DNA of 64,000 bases from Lingula anatina (lineage: Eukaryota > Animalia > Brachiopoda): contig CM120640.1 of assembly GCA_051362555.1 (NCBI GenBank), forward strand, positions 20,212,001 through 20,276,000. The letters are read 5' to 3'. Position numbers and translations under genes: made by a program. The notes under the pieces are model-generated. The model saw only the letters and a program-made list of their open reading frames with translations. It made no database searches and was not told the origin of the DNA. Within the stretch, counting starts at the first letter, position 1. Every line of letters starts with the position of its first letter. This document shows, piece by piece, positions 1-12,666 of the stretch.

Positions 1-3000
1 TTGTAATTTATTCTGACAAAAAGAGTACAATAGTAATTTTCAAATTAGTTATATTGTTCTTTTTTTTAATTATTTAATTCATTTTCATTGTTTTAACAAT
101 TAACATAACAATTATTCTAACCTCATATGGAAGCTCATGTTCTTTGAGGGGTAATCCCAGCATTTGTACAGCCTTCTAAAATACAATGTCAATTTCTTAC
201 AAATACAAAGCAATTTATTTACAGAGCTGATCAAACTCATTATAATTTTCATAGAATTTTAAAAGTTGATATATCATGATTTAGTCAAACCACAAATCTC
301 TCAAAGTTTTTATCCAGTAGATGAACAACAATAGTCCAAATAAAAGCGCATGGTCAATATTTGGCACAATTTGCATTTAATTGTGTTTGGTTGATAATAG
401 TTACCTTCATTAAAGAAGCAGCAACATTTCTGGCGACTGTCTCAGAATAATTCAAAATTGATTCCTTTAATTCCTGTTCCTTTACAAACACATCCCCGAA
501 GTTGTTCAGAGCCAAGAAGCCTAGCTGTACTGTCTCCTTGCATGCCTCCCAGCTGAAAAATCCATTTGGTTATTTAGTATTAAAAGTAGCTTTCATTAAC
601 ATCATTTCCCTTATAATGCTAAATCTATTTCAATAGATAGATATTTTTATATGGATATATATTTGAACGTTCATTATGGCATTGACATTTTTTGCAGAGA
701 AAACAAAAGGCTCACTTGTCATTATAAAATGCTTTGACATCCTTATGCAGAAGATCTTGGGCAAGTCTAATAGCTTGTTCTTTATCATGGCAGGCTTGAT
801 CCTGAATTTGTCCATCACACTGGTGTAGAATGGCATGATGAGCTCTAATGATGGCATTAAAAACAAGTGCATCCAGGTAATGGTAAGTAAATGCCTGCAA
901 TAATTGAAAAAAAAAGATGATGTAAAAAGCAAACACACACACATAGGTACATGTATATGCAAAGAAAGCAAAATGGTTATTAAAAGACATTGAGATATCA
1001 GTCCATCATCAACTTCATTTTGTATTCTAAATAAAGTACATAAGCCATTTCTCCCCATGTGAAGCTTCTTTTATGATCTTCTCCATTTTTTTGATGAGTT
1101 GGTGTACTATACCTCTATTATCATTTGATTCTTGTCATTTCTGATATCAATCACTTCTTTCTCCATAAGCTGCAGTACTTGGCCAACGATTGTATGTGTA
1201 GATGGAATGTCATGGTGTAAGCATTGCCCTGATAGTTGACTCTCAGTTTCTTCATTCTAGAAATGATAAAGGATTCAACCTCATTGACCATATAAAAAAA
1301 TCCCCCCTTTTGATCTTAAACTGAAATCAGTAAAATGCCCAGAGCTACTCACTCATTCAGAGACTGACTGGTAAACTTATCATGCGTTTGATATCTTTAT
1401 AAATATCTTTAAGGAAAGGCAAAACTTACTGTCAGCAGGCATGTGGAAGGGCTCTGACTACACAGTCTGTCAGCATCTAACTTGGTGGAGGTAATCTGCA
1501 GAAGACTCTCAACCAGTTCAATTGAAAACTCTTTCATAGCCATCTGGCTGACATCAGTGGCAATGTCACACATATCATCAAATGAGCCTAAAAGACCATG
1601 GGCGGTACCTTGGGCCAAATCCTTCACTGACTCAGCTGTAATGTCATCTGGTATGATTAGAAGCATCTTGAAAACATTCAAACCAGCATCTGGGTCATTA
1701 GCTATCATTTTGGAGATCAATTCACCCAGAGATAAATTGGGTCTGGTGCCAGCAATTATATTCTGAACACTACTCTGAGCTGTATATCCTGATGCCGTCA
1801 AGTTTGTCAGTGATGCCTTTTGTCTTGACTTCGACCTAGCTTGCATCAGTGGAACAGCTTCTTTGAGGTGGTTCACAGAAGCTGATGCAGACAGGTTTGT
1901 GAGACTACGACCATACACATAACCAGATTTTGTCTGCCGTGGTTTTAGATCTGGAGCAAATTTTCCACTGTGCACTCCAATCTCTTGTGTGACATTCTGA
2001 GGCTCACAGATAGGTTGCAAGTGAAGGGCAAGAAGTGACTTGCCAGTTTGTGCCACTGACTCTACACTTCCCTTGATGTCCTTCTGCCTGTAGTACTCTC
2101 CAGTTATATTCAGTTGCAGCTTATTGTCACTCAAGTCATCACCCCATTCATTTTCATGGTCAGATAGGTCTTCTGAAATGGTCTTCTTAGTCATCTCCTG
2201 GCTCAACCTTCTTACAACAGTATCAAATCCCCTGGTGTCAAACACAGATCTGTTCAGCTTCTCAGTTAGAGATATCTTTGGTGCATGCTTATCTGGTTCT
2301 TCATTCTGGGACATGTCTTTGTCCTCATCTCCCTCTGCTGTAGGTTTTCTCTTATTCTGAAGCTGGGTCTTCTGGTAAGTTGTCATGAACTCAAATACTT
2401 TTGTTTGCCAGCCTTGGACCCCATTTTTGGCAGAGGTCTTGTCCTTCATTAGCATGTTGACCATGTCACCAATTAGCTCATTCAGGAACTCAGCAGTTGT
2501 CTTCTCAGCATTCCCCAAGGACAAGCCTTTCTCTATGTGATCTTTGTCTGTTGGATTACTTTTCCTTCTTGTGCTTGGGGCCTTAAATATTGCCAAACAT
2601 AAAATTGCTGTTGATAGTTCTGATTTCATATTTCTTGCTGGCAACTGCATCTCACATGGTGGCTCTTCTGTGCTGTTATCCATGCTTGAAGGCTCTCCTG
2701 TACCTGACTCCACTGAGCTCATTTTTGCTGCCCACAAGGGATTGATCTGCAAAAGCTTGTTGATCCAAATTTGTTGTTCTTCTTGGGGCAGGTCTGTCAG
2801 TTTCACATCAGGAAAGTAAGTATCATCTACATGATCATTGTTCTTCTGTGCCAACCTTGGTATGCCCATGTAATCACATAGAGCACCAGCTGTGTCATAA
2901 ACAGTGGCTTCTGAGCCATTGGCAGGAGCTGATGCACATCCTAGCTGTACAGCCTTCTGATATTTGCAATACCAGTGGATTGGATATGGATCTTTCATTT

Positions 3001-6000
3001 GCTTCTGGCACAGGAGACAATTTCGCCTTACACCTGCATCTAGCTGTTCTTGTGTGAGTAAGGCCATCTTATTGGAATGTACCTTAGGTGTCTTTGGCAC
3101 CTGCTGTTGAGCCTGTTTAGGGGGATCAACTTCATCCAGTTTCTCATCTACCCAAATTGGATTGATTTTAAATAATTCATTGAGCCACATCTCTTGTTCC
3201 TTTGGCTCAAGGTCAATCAATCTCTTCTTAGGAAAGGTTGGTACTGTTTTGTTAATCACTGCTGGATTTGGTAACCTCATATAAGCATACAGAGCATCTG
3301 CCTCCTGCTTAAGAGTTGCATCTGGTCCATTGACAGGGGGCTGTGCCAGTCGGAGCACTATGGCCCTCTCAAACTTGCACACCCAGTGGTATGGGTATGG
3401 GTATTTAGACTCGACAGGCTGCTTGCAAATCATGCACTGCCTTTGAACTCCAGCATCCAAGTCAGACTGTGTGAGGATGACCATTTTTCCTTTTTTAACA
3501 ACGAGGTCTTGCATCAGGTCAGGTTTGTCCACACCTGTGTTGCCCCCAGTAGCTCCTGATTCAGCAGATTTATGTCCACAATGCTGTGTCCCCTGTGATC
3601 TCTTTGATTTTCTCCCATCTTTGTTCTTTTTAGGCAGTCTTTTCCTGTCAACTGGTGGTCGCTTTGCTTTCAGGTGTTTCTTTTTGATTGGATTCTCTCT
3701 AAATTCAAGTGGGGTTTCCTCAAAGACTATACCTTGAGGTAGGGGAATGTCCTGCAAGGCACCATCTTCTGGCAATGGTACCTCTCCAAAAAGGAGTCCT
3801 TCAGGAAGAGGAATATCTCCAAACAGGATGTCATCTGGTGTAATTGGTGGAAGCTGACTGAGGAAATTTGAAAACTGACTTGCTTCTGCTGGAGAATTTT
3901 CCTGAAACATAAAGAGCTGGTATGCCTTTCATTTTTTACACAATCAGTAGCAACTTAAATATTTTTATGGATCATGCTCATCTATTGACTAACCTTCAGC
4001 TATATACACAGCTGTTTATATTTAATAGAGTGAAAAAAAAAATTCAGTTGTGGTAGTCAAACAGGACAGAGATTTTCAAATTTTAAATGATTTAAATTGC
4101 TAGAAAATACATCAATATTAACAAGTATACACAAGTAATATACAATTATTTATGAAAATAGTACACATACAAATAGTTACCTGCTGTTCGCTGTTTGGAT
4201 TCCGTGCATCACTGAAACATAATGCACTCATAAGAGTCAATGCATTCAATCAACAGTGTGAAAATGACCTTAATATAAGAATAGATAGTTCACATTAAAA
4301 CGGGTTTATGTTTTGCTAGCCCCAAAGAGTAAAAGTGTACGAAATGTCAATGCAGATTTTGCGAGCAAAGTTTATTCCTTACTTTGTGCTATGACTTTGA
4401 CCATTTTCATCAACATCACTCATGTCACTGGCACTGCTGCTGTTGCTGGTGTTGTTATTGCCATTTTTGTTACCAATCTTGCTGACAGCAGTGTCTGATT
4501 TGGATCTGTAATATAAGTAAGGCGATGCTGTAAACTGACTGTTAGAATACTGGTACCAGCTGCTTAACTGAAATTTCCCCACTGTACTAATTGATGCAAC
4601 ACCATAACTTAGCATGATCTGTTGCCTTTGTTTTTGTAAAGCTGATAAAAATGGCAGTTTTTCAAAAAATGGTTTTAGAAGTGAAAACTGTTATTTTGAA
4701 TTCTCCTTAAAAGATCTTCGGTAAATATAAAACTGCAGCAATAGTACCTATTTAATGGCAAATCAAATGTTGTCTCTACATCAATTCGACTCAAGCGCTG
4801 TAAGTTGAGCTTCTTCCCTATCATTTCTGTTTTGGACAATTTGAGAGCATGTGTGGTTGCAAACATAGTGTTACGTCATTTCCCACTGCTTGCTTGCGTG
4901 CTCTCTCATGATCACATTATTCTACCAACACTAGCATTTATAAAGAACATTTCATGCTGTTTCTTCATACACAGACTTAACATCAAAGAATGTATACCTT
5001 GCAATGTTGCATAGGGATTGTGTACATTGGATTCCCTCTAAATTTTCCTCATCCTCATGATGTACATAGCATCCGGTATAAGCTTGAGAGAATAGGAATT
5101 TCTTATCATGAATGTGGCTGTGTGCAAGATCTATGCTACTATCTATGGCTTGCAAACGATTCCTTTCTGTTGTCCGTAGTCTTTCTGGAATCAAAGAAGT
5201 GCTCACACCTAAGTCATATTCTACTTAAATTCATTTTTATAATTGATTATATAAATTACAGACAACAATATACATATTACTTTTTGTTATTTGAAGCAAT
5301 AAAAAAAAGTTATCCAAGCCAGCAAACCATCAAACCTCTTGTACATACAAGATAAATATATATTTACAACCAGGATTTTAAGACCTCTTCAAAAATGCAG
5401 TGACATTTTTGTACACTTTTATAGTTACCTTGGTGTGCTTGAAATGCAGACACTCTATCAAAGATGTTAGCACACAATTTCTTTGACTTCATATTTCCAA
5501 GGAATATTTCACAGACGCAGTTGGCAACACAGATGGCAGCATTCACAACAAACGTAATGAGAAAAGTGTTGGCTGAGAAATGTAGGGCAAATTGGTGACT
5601 GCCAACTGTGATGAGTGCCGTCTCCATCAGTACATTTCCAAGTAGGAAGTTTCCAACACTTGAAAAGAGGAGCAAAAGGGTGGCTGGTCTGGAAAGCACC
5701 TCAGCATGTTCTTGTCCACCACCAAACACGGGATAAATCCATGTGTGGTACCTTATGATTGTTCTGAGTAGAGTACTCCACATTAAGCTGCAACAAAAAA
5801 AAATTATCTGTGAAAATTTGATAAGCACAAATATACTTGACAGAGAGTTGTTAAGAGATACATATATTTGATAAATTTTGCCAAGACGGATAATATTAAA
5901 GGAATGTTCCCTTCAAGCAATAATTATATAAAAAATATCTAGAAAAAAGAATATCCAGCTAGAATGGGGTAAAAGATTTTTAAGTCTGTCATTTTGCTAC

Positions 6001-9000
6001 TCACTTATAAGCACGGCCAACATCAGTTAAAGGAAGAGTATGGGTTTGAGCAGCCCCATTAAGTTTTGGTTTCAGCCACTTATCAATGGCAAAATACCAC
6101 TCTCTGTCAGCCCAAGGGTCAGACACAGTCAGATCAGTCAAATGCCTAAAAAAGCAGTCATTGTTTATTATAACTGATTTTATATTATCCTTTAAATTAT
6201 ATTTTCAACTCTTATGAATCACAAACACTTTAAATCACATCTAAAACTGAAACAGTAAGGGGATATTGTGATATTCACCATTTTGCCTTAACACCATGTC
6301 CATTCAAAGTTACCAGGACGTGTGTAAGTTCTCCAAGGGGAGCTGGAAAAAAAGAAAAATGCTTGATGCTTTGGACTGTTGAAGAATATTGCACCAGTTA
6401 TCTTAATTTGGCTTGCATATTGCTAAAATATACAATAAAAAAATAAGATTAAAAATGCAGGCTCACAAATGCAAAAGAAATACCAATTAAATTTGTTTGT
6501 ATGAAAAGTTTCAAAGGCTGAAAAAAAACTTTAATCTGAAAATTACACTTGGGAGTGGTATTTTGAATGAATAAATAATATCAAGTCTCTTTTTGGTGCT
6601 CTGTAAGTGGTTAAACAAACCTTTGGTGTAAACAAGGAGCATAGCCTCCTTTCCTCGAGACAGAACTTCCTGATCATTCCTTGGCAATAGATATTCTGGT
6701 GAGGATGAGCTGTTAGAAAACAGTTGCACCTTGATTTGAGCATTAGTCCCAGCATCTAGACATATGGAAATAATTCTTTTAACTTAATTTAACCAGATAT
6801 TCCCTTTGATTCATAAATTCTCATCAAAGCTCTCTGCTGTTTAACATATTCACTTTTTTTTAAATATATAAAATGTGAAATAATCTTTCAATCAATAATT
6901 TATATGTCTTTCTATTTGTTTTAGTATACGGATTTGGGCATTAATTACATACATACATCGTTTAAAGCTTGTCCTCACTGTTATTATGTATGCATAAAAA
7001 CCATCTAGTACATATGGGCCAGGGACGATCTTGGACTGAAAATATGTACATACTCATCATTAGTTACAAGGGCAAGATAGTTAAAGACACCATCATCACC
7101 ATGAAATTCTATGTTCATTTTTATAAAGCAGATTCTATTGCTAATTATATCTTTTCAAAACTACACACTGACTTTTCTCCATGCAAAACAACTATATTTT
7201 CCAAGCACCACAAGTTAAATATTGACACAAGACACATTCCAAAAGTTACATGAGATTACCCATAAGAAGAATATAATAAATAAAAATATAAGATAAAATA
7301 AATACTTTTCCCTTCCTTCCAACAAAAAGAGCTGCAGAACAGCAGATAAAAAACACCACAACAACACCCAGTATGAAATGGATCTTGTAACCAAGAGATA
7401 TAAAAGATGGAGGAGGAACATAAAGGTGAGCAGAACCAAGCAGTCGGCTATCCACTGCCATCCCAAGCTTAGGAGGCATCAAAACTAAAACAAAGGAGAA
7501 ACAGAAAGAAAGAAAAATAGAAATAAATAAATAATGAAAAAAAAAAGAAAGAAAAAGAAAGAAATTCAGAAAGAAAAAAACTGGTTGATAAAAAAGATAT
7601 GCATCTAAGCCTATTACGAAGCTAGCATAAAACAACATGAAAAAGGAATAAAAACTTACAGAACAGTGAAATGCAGGTCAAAAACTTTAAACATATAAAA
7701 AAAAAATTTGCCTTCAAATGTAAAGAATCAACTAAAATTTTCATTAAATTCATGGCTTACTTCTAGGTTTCACTGGTGGCATTTTGATCCCCTCCACTAC
7801 AGGTATACCATTTGTCCTGGGAAGTCTGACCCTTTTCCAGACACGAGATGTAGTTGGTTTAGGCAAGGATAAGGCATGCTTTTTCACTCTTTTCCTTACT
7901 GAACCATTGTGGGTTTTAGCACTCTCCTGTGTGGCCCAATGGGATAAGTCCTGTGCATTTGTTTTTATCCAGATTGTGACCTTCTGTACATAACCTTTCA
8001 TGTCTCCTACCAGTTTGTGGATTTCTTCCTTAAAAGCACCTACTACCTCATCAAGAGACATATCATCCCCATGGGCACTTTCAGATGTAAAGTCGTAATT
8101 CAATGTGGAAGTGCTCATGCCTGCTCTGGTGCTCCATATCTGGCTGTCTAGACTGCTAGAAGTTTCTGTGAGCCAACTAAATCCTGAAATGTTTCATGGG
8201 TAATTTGCCTATAATACGATTGTATTTCAAGAAAATCCATAAATAAAGATTATATGTTAGCATTTTTATATTGCAGAAATAAATAAAAAATGAATAGCAA
8301 TGATGTCAAAATTTTATATATAAAAGGAATATTTCGATTTAAATATTTTCATATTAATTGATGAATTAAAAATGAAAGAAATGTGTAATGTACAACTAGT
8401 CTAACCAAGGTATGGATAAACTTCTGATACATTTCCTTTTTAATAAGAAATTGAAATAAGGTTCAAGAAATTATCCATTGTTAAATTGAGTGTATGCTTT
8501 ATTACAATTTAATACACATATAGTTTCCTTACTTGATAAATTTTTAACAGATTTCCTTTACAGATTATTGGGTGAAAAAGAAAGTCAACATTTAGTCTCA
8601 CCTCTAAATTTCAATGGTTGATGTTTTGACTTTTTCCTTACAGGTTTAAATATTCTTCTGGAAACACTTAAGGTCATTACTTGTTCCACTGTAGTTGGTG
8701 TCTCCACTGATAGCATAAATTTTCTAGCCACTTTCTTTTCACTACTGATGCCCCACTGGTATAGCTGCTGCGAGGCAGATTTAATCCAGTCAGTAGCATT
8801 TCTAACCAAAGAACCAATGGCTCCTACCAGTTTGTAGAATTCAGCTTGGTATTCATAAGAACTTGATGCTGTTTGAGGTGTAGGAGCTTCAGCAGATGTT
8901 TCTGTGTCTTGTATTGGAGGTAGGTTGTAACTTACAGTGGAAGTACTCATACCCAACATTGTGCGCTCCACTTGGTTGTTCACAAGTTGGGAAATTGTTG

Positions 9001-9021
9001 TTGGCATACCAACCCCTGAAA

Positions 9022-9064
<43 letters not shown>

Positions 9065-9846
9065 AAGAAACAATAAATAATCGATAAATATATAAACAGG
9101 AGTCATTAAAAAAATGAAAAAAACTTATGTTGTTTTTTATTCTAGTAGGAACACCAGCTTTACATCCATTTATGGTTGAAAACTTACCATTTAAGTCAAA
9201 AACTATTGTTGCATGTTCTTTAAGCATATCTTAATGTACTGAAAAAATTAAATTTAACTAAATGTATTATAAAATTAAGGTAATCAACATTATTTGCATT
9301 TCCCAACCAAGCATGAAAATTCATGCGTTAGCACTCCTATTGACGATTCTAGACAGTATATATCAGAATCGTCAATAGGACTGCTAACGCATGAATTTTC
9401 GTGCTATTCCCAACCTAAATCTCTGGTTACTCCGGCAATTTTTTTGCAACTCAAACCCCTTATTAGGAAAATGTAAATAGTTATTGAAAAAATACAAAAG
9501 ATACACACTATTCTGTGAGCTTTGCGCCTGTCACACAATAAAGTTAGCCCTAGGTTATTTGGTACTTTTGTAGTATACCCCCCTCCCCACCCTGTAACCG
9601 TTTATTTAACATTTTCGAGAAACACCCTGGTTTTCTGTCAGCATAATCACAACTTCTAGTAATGACACCAATTACAAGCCAGTATATATTTCTTGAAGAC
9701 TTGACTGGCCTGGCCCTAAAACTATTATTCCAATAAGATTTATCACTGAAATGAAATTCAAACTTACCCGCTCGCACACTTAGCACCAACACGACAAATG
9801 TCAACAAACAGCTGACTCTGGCGCTCATCTGGGATACGGTCTTCAT
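1..9846 (-). CDS. Polycystin-1-like PLAT-domain membrane protein, left paralog, with a greatly extended Zn-finger-containing cytoplasmic region; 3' end lies outside the window
   Basis: Hand-built GT-AG exons, phases continuous: 9846-9768, 9015-8602, 8183-7761, 7484-7306, 7035-6957, 6755-6621, 6342-6279, 6145-6005, 5787-5429, 5208-4998, 4505-4383, 4211-4181, 3901-1430, 1256-1113, 894-716, 552-405, 175-122, 12-<1 (1749 codons in window). Signal peptide MKTVSQMSARVSCLLTFVVLVLSVRA. TM1 IHFILGVVVVFFICCSAALFVG. PLAT motifs YIITVRT..YAGTNAQIKVQL..LSRGKEAMLLV..PLGELTHV..WHLTDLTVSD..EWYFAIDKWL. Post-PLAT YHTWIYPVF...SR segment followed by TM2/TM3, as in PKD1-family proteins. Confidence 0.75.
9020..9065. 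repeat. (AAAT)n microsatellite forming the polypyrimidine tract of exon 2 of the left paralog
   Basis: Direct read; abuts the CAG acceptor at 9016-9018. Confidence 0.9.
9309..9406. mobile_element. Hairpin MITE with 9-bp target-site duplication (Mutator-like TSD length)
   Basis: Near-perfect arms AGCATGAAAATTCATGCGTTAGCACTCCTATTGACGATTCT / AGAATCGTCAATAGGACTGCTAACGCATGAATTTTCGTGCT. Flanking direct repeat TTCCCAACC at 9300-9308 and 9407-9415. Confidence 0.8.
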
Positions 9847-9949
9847 TTCACTGTATATAACATCAGATTCTTCTTTATGTCGGTTGATCTATATAACATA
9901 CATGTATAAAAGAGTATAAAAAGTCTATTCGCAATCTTAAAACGCTTAT

Positions 9950-10262
9950 CGTATCGCAGTAAATCTATAATCGAACGGAGAAAAGCGAGTTGACTTCCGC
10001 CATTCCCTTTCCCGTTGATTTGTCTGCTCGCATTATGACGTCATGAATATTGCGACAACGAAGCTGAATGTGCCAGGATGAGCTATCAGGATGTGGTATT
10101 TTAACTTGAAAAGGGCCACAGGGACGTTTATCCATTTGTTAAAATTCAATGATTATGTGATTATGGATACTTTTTTTTTTTTTTGCTATTCAGTGTCAAA
10201 ATCCCTCTAAATAGTCATTTCTCATGCATATTCTGATGCCAGCATTGGCTGCCATCTAGCGA
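9950..10262 (-). promoter_or_regulatory. Promoter of left paralog: CRE palindrome (10036-10043), YY1/ETS-like AATGGCGGAAG, CTCF-like site (10249-10262)
   Basis: TGACGTCA and TCGCTAGATGGCAG (minus strand) read directly. The block aligns by eye to the right-paralog promoter at 40656-40940. Confidence 0.55.
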
Positions 10263-12009
10263 GAAAAATATCACATTAACGATTATAGATAATCCGTAAC
10301 AATAGTAATACATTTTAAACACAGCTACTCATAGGTTGACGTTTTAAATTTCATTTTATACACACACAAATAAATAGCAAATACATTTTAAAAAATGAGA
10401 AAAAATGGCCAACAGCTTTGAATTCAGGATGAAGGAAGTTTATATGCTTCAGGACTTGGATTCAATCTTAAAATCTGATGAAATTTAGAAGGTGGGCTAT
10501 AAAATAAATCAGTTTATATGAAAAAGGAAACTAAATTGTATTTCACTCTATTGTCTCAACTGCAAAGTACCATATGCAAAATTTAAATAAACATAACATC
10601 AGTCAAAAACTGATGGTGAAAACCATGACCAGAGCAAAATTATCTTAGGGAGAATGCCCCAATGCTTTATTTTACTCAAAATAATTTGCACTAATATAAA
10701 TACAACCTTAAAAAAGCACTTGAAAGCTGCATGTAAGATTTCTTTAAAATAAACATTTTCAAAAATACTACACTGTAACCTTCTTATGGCAACCATTTGT
10801 AGCAAAACTTAACACCTTATCCAAAGAGTATTTTAATACATGACTATAACAACATCATAGGATGAAAATGTTTTCATATATGCAGCAAACCCTATTCCAA
10901 TGACAAGATTGAGTAATATGGCACAAAGCATCTGCATAAGCTTTTAAGCAAGATGTAGCCTATATAATAATGAAAAACTATCAAAATATATACTACCCAT
11001 TACTGTAGGAAATAAACTGGCCTTGAGATTATCAGTTTATCAGCTAGAAAACACCATAAACATATATGTATTCAAATTGCTTACACTTTTTTTGTCAAAA
11101 TGTTAAAGTCTTAATATCATGCTTTTCCCCCAACTTTTCAATGGCTTACCTTACAGTAATTCTCTTTCCATTATAGTAATGAAGAAACTCAAACAAGTTT
11201 CAGAATATTTCTATGTATCATGTAAACCAAATTTCATCTCCATCAAGCTATATACTATAAGTGTATAAATGAATGTCTTGGCACAAGATTATACAATGAG
11301 CATAAAATGACTAAAACAGAACCCATTTGAATAAATATTTTGCAGCATACTTAGTGGTATATAATATAAAATACTGTGCACAGTTAATTACTTAAAAAGC
11401 ATCACAGGTTTGATAGTATACGACATCTCCCCCAATCCCAACCACTGCAAAATCAATTCTAAGTACCATTTGGTATTCATGAGTATATATATATAAAATA
11501 TGCTCAGTTGTGCGTCTTTTTCCCCCTTGTTAGAAAGGAGGGGTGTGTGTGAATCCACCACATAATTAAGTATTTGAAGTGTACTGATACTTGGAAACGG
11601 AGTACAAGGGCATCTCTACATATAAAGCAGCATATGTTGCAAAGAGAATGTAGATATATAACTAAAATGACTGAAAGCATAATGTTCATAATAACTAGAT
11701 CCAGATTCAGGCATATCCTTTAAAACTAATAGTTAATCATTATCACTGGACCTATACATATGGAGATATTTGGGTTTTCATAACATCAAAAGTCTGGGTG
11801 ATGCATTTATTTCTTATTTGTATTTATTTCAGTATGTATGTAGTATGTTCTAGTCTGAGTGTGTAAAATAAAAGTGAAGTGTTCAAAGGAACAATAAAAA
11901 TTAAATGAATGCAATACCCACGGTACAACCATGAAACAACATAATATTTCCCAAAGAGAAAGTAATTTTGGTAGATAAAGTGGTCCACCAGATGCATCAC
12001 TTAGTCATG

Positions 12010-12166
12010 CATGTCATGGGGAATTCTGATCTCTGTTTGAATATCCTAAAGGGCATCAAAGGATTGGGGATTGTTGGCAGAGTCACTGTTTGTAAAGTTC
12101 ATTATCACAATCATTAAACTGCTGAATAATATTCGAATGGAGATCAGGAGAATTCCCCATGACATG
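12010..12166. mobile_element. Small inverted-repeat element (MITE-like)
   Basis: CATGTCATGGGGAATTCTGATCTC at 12010 and its near reverse complement GAGATCAGGAGAATTCCCCATGACATG ending at 12166. Confidence 0.55.
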
Positions 12167-12666
12167 GTGTACAGGGGCATATCAAGAGCTATTTTCTGAC
12201 AGTCTTCCAAATTATCTTTGTTGATCCACCCTCCAGTTTTGACCGTCTTCCGACTGAAAAAATTACATACCTATCTATGTAAACTTGAAAATCTGACAAT
12301 CTTCTGAAAGACCCAGAAGATGGCCTAAATCCGCCCCTGTTGTACATTGTCATTATAAACCTCAGTGTTCGAGTAGCCACATTCAGTGCCTAGAAGCTTT
12401 GAAAGAACACATTATGAACTATTGAGCTCTGCTTGCAAAATGATGGTACACGAAGAAAAAACTTATATCACACAAAACTTATATTTGTAAGACAGGTCTG
12501 TGAAAAAAAAATTGTTAAATTTTCCCTTCAATAAGAAATGCTACTTGATCAAAAATGGAAACATTTTTTGGACCACACTAACATAAGCTTGTGAAATTAG
12601 ACCTAAAAAATGAGCCTTTAATCTACATACTGCCATTCAAAATACACAACTGCTTAATAACATCTA

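Noticed and set aside
1409-3910. 833-aa ORF as an intronless stand-alone gene or transposase
   Set aside because: It has a good acceptor 9 nt after the ATG and a GTAAG donor before the stop, both in phase with flanking exons. No DDE, RT or helicase motifs recognised.
10850-11480. Degenerate second RFESD copy (ADALCH, CIYEN, LDGDEIW snippets)
   Set aside because: Fragments are short, out of order and interrupted by stops; compatible with chance.
12189-12253. Alternative last exon of RFESD (TKIIWKTVRK resembling TKTVWKTLGRK)
   Set aside because: The similar frame is phase 1 while the RFESD exon-4 donor is phase 0. The match is short and stops immediately.
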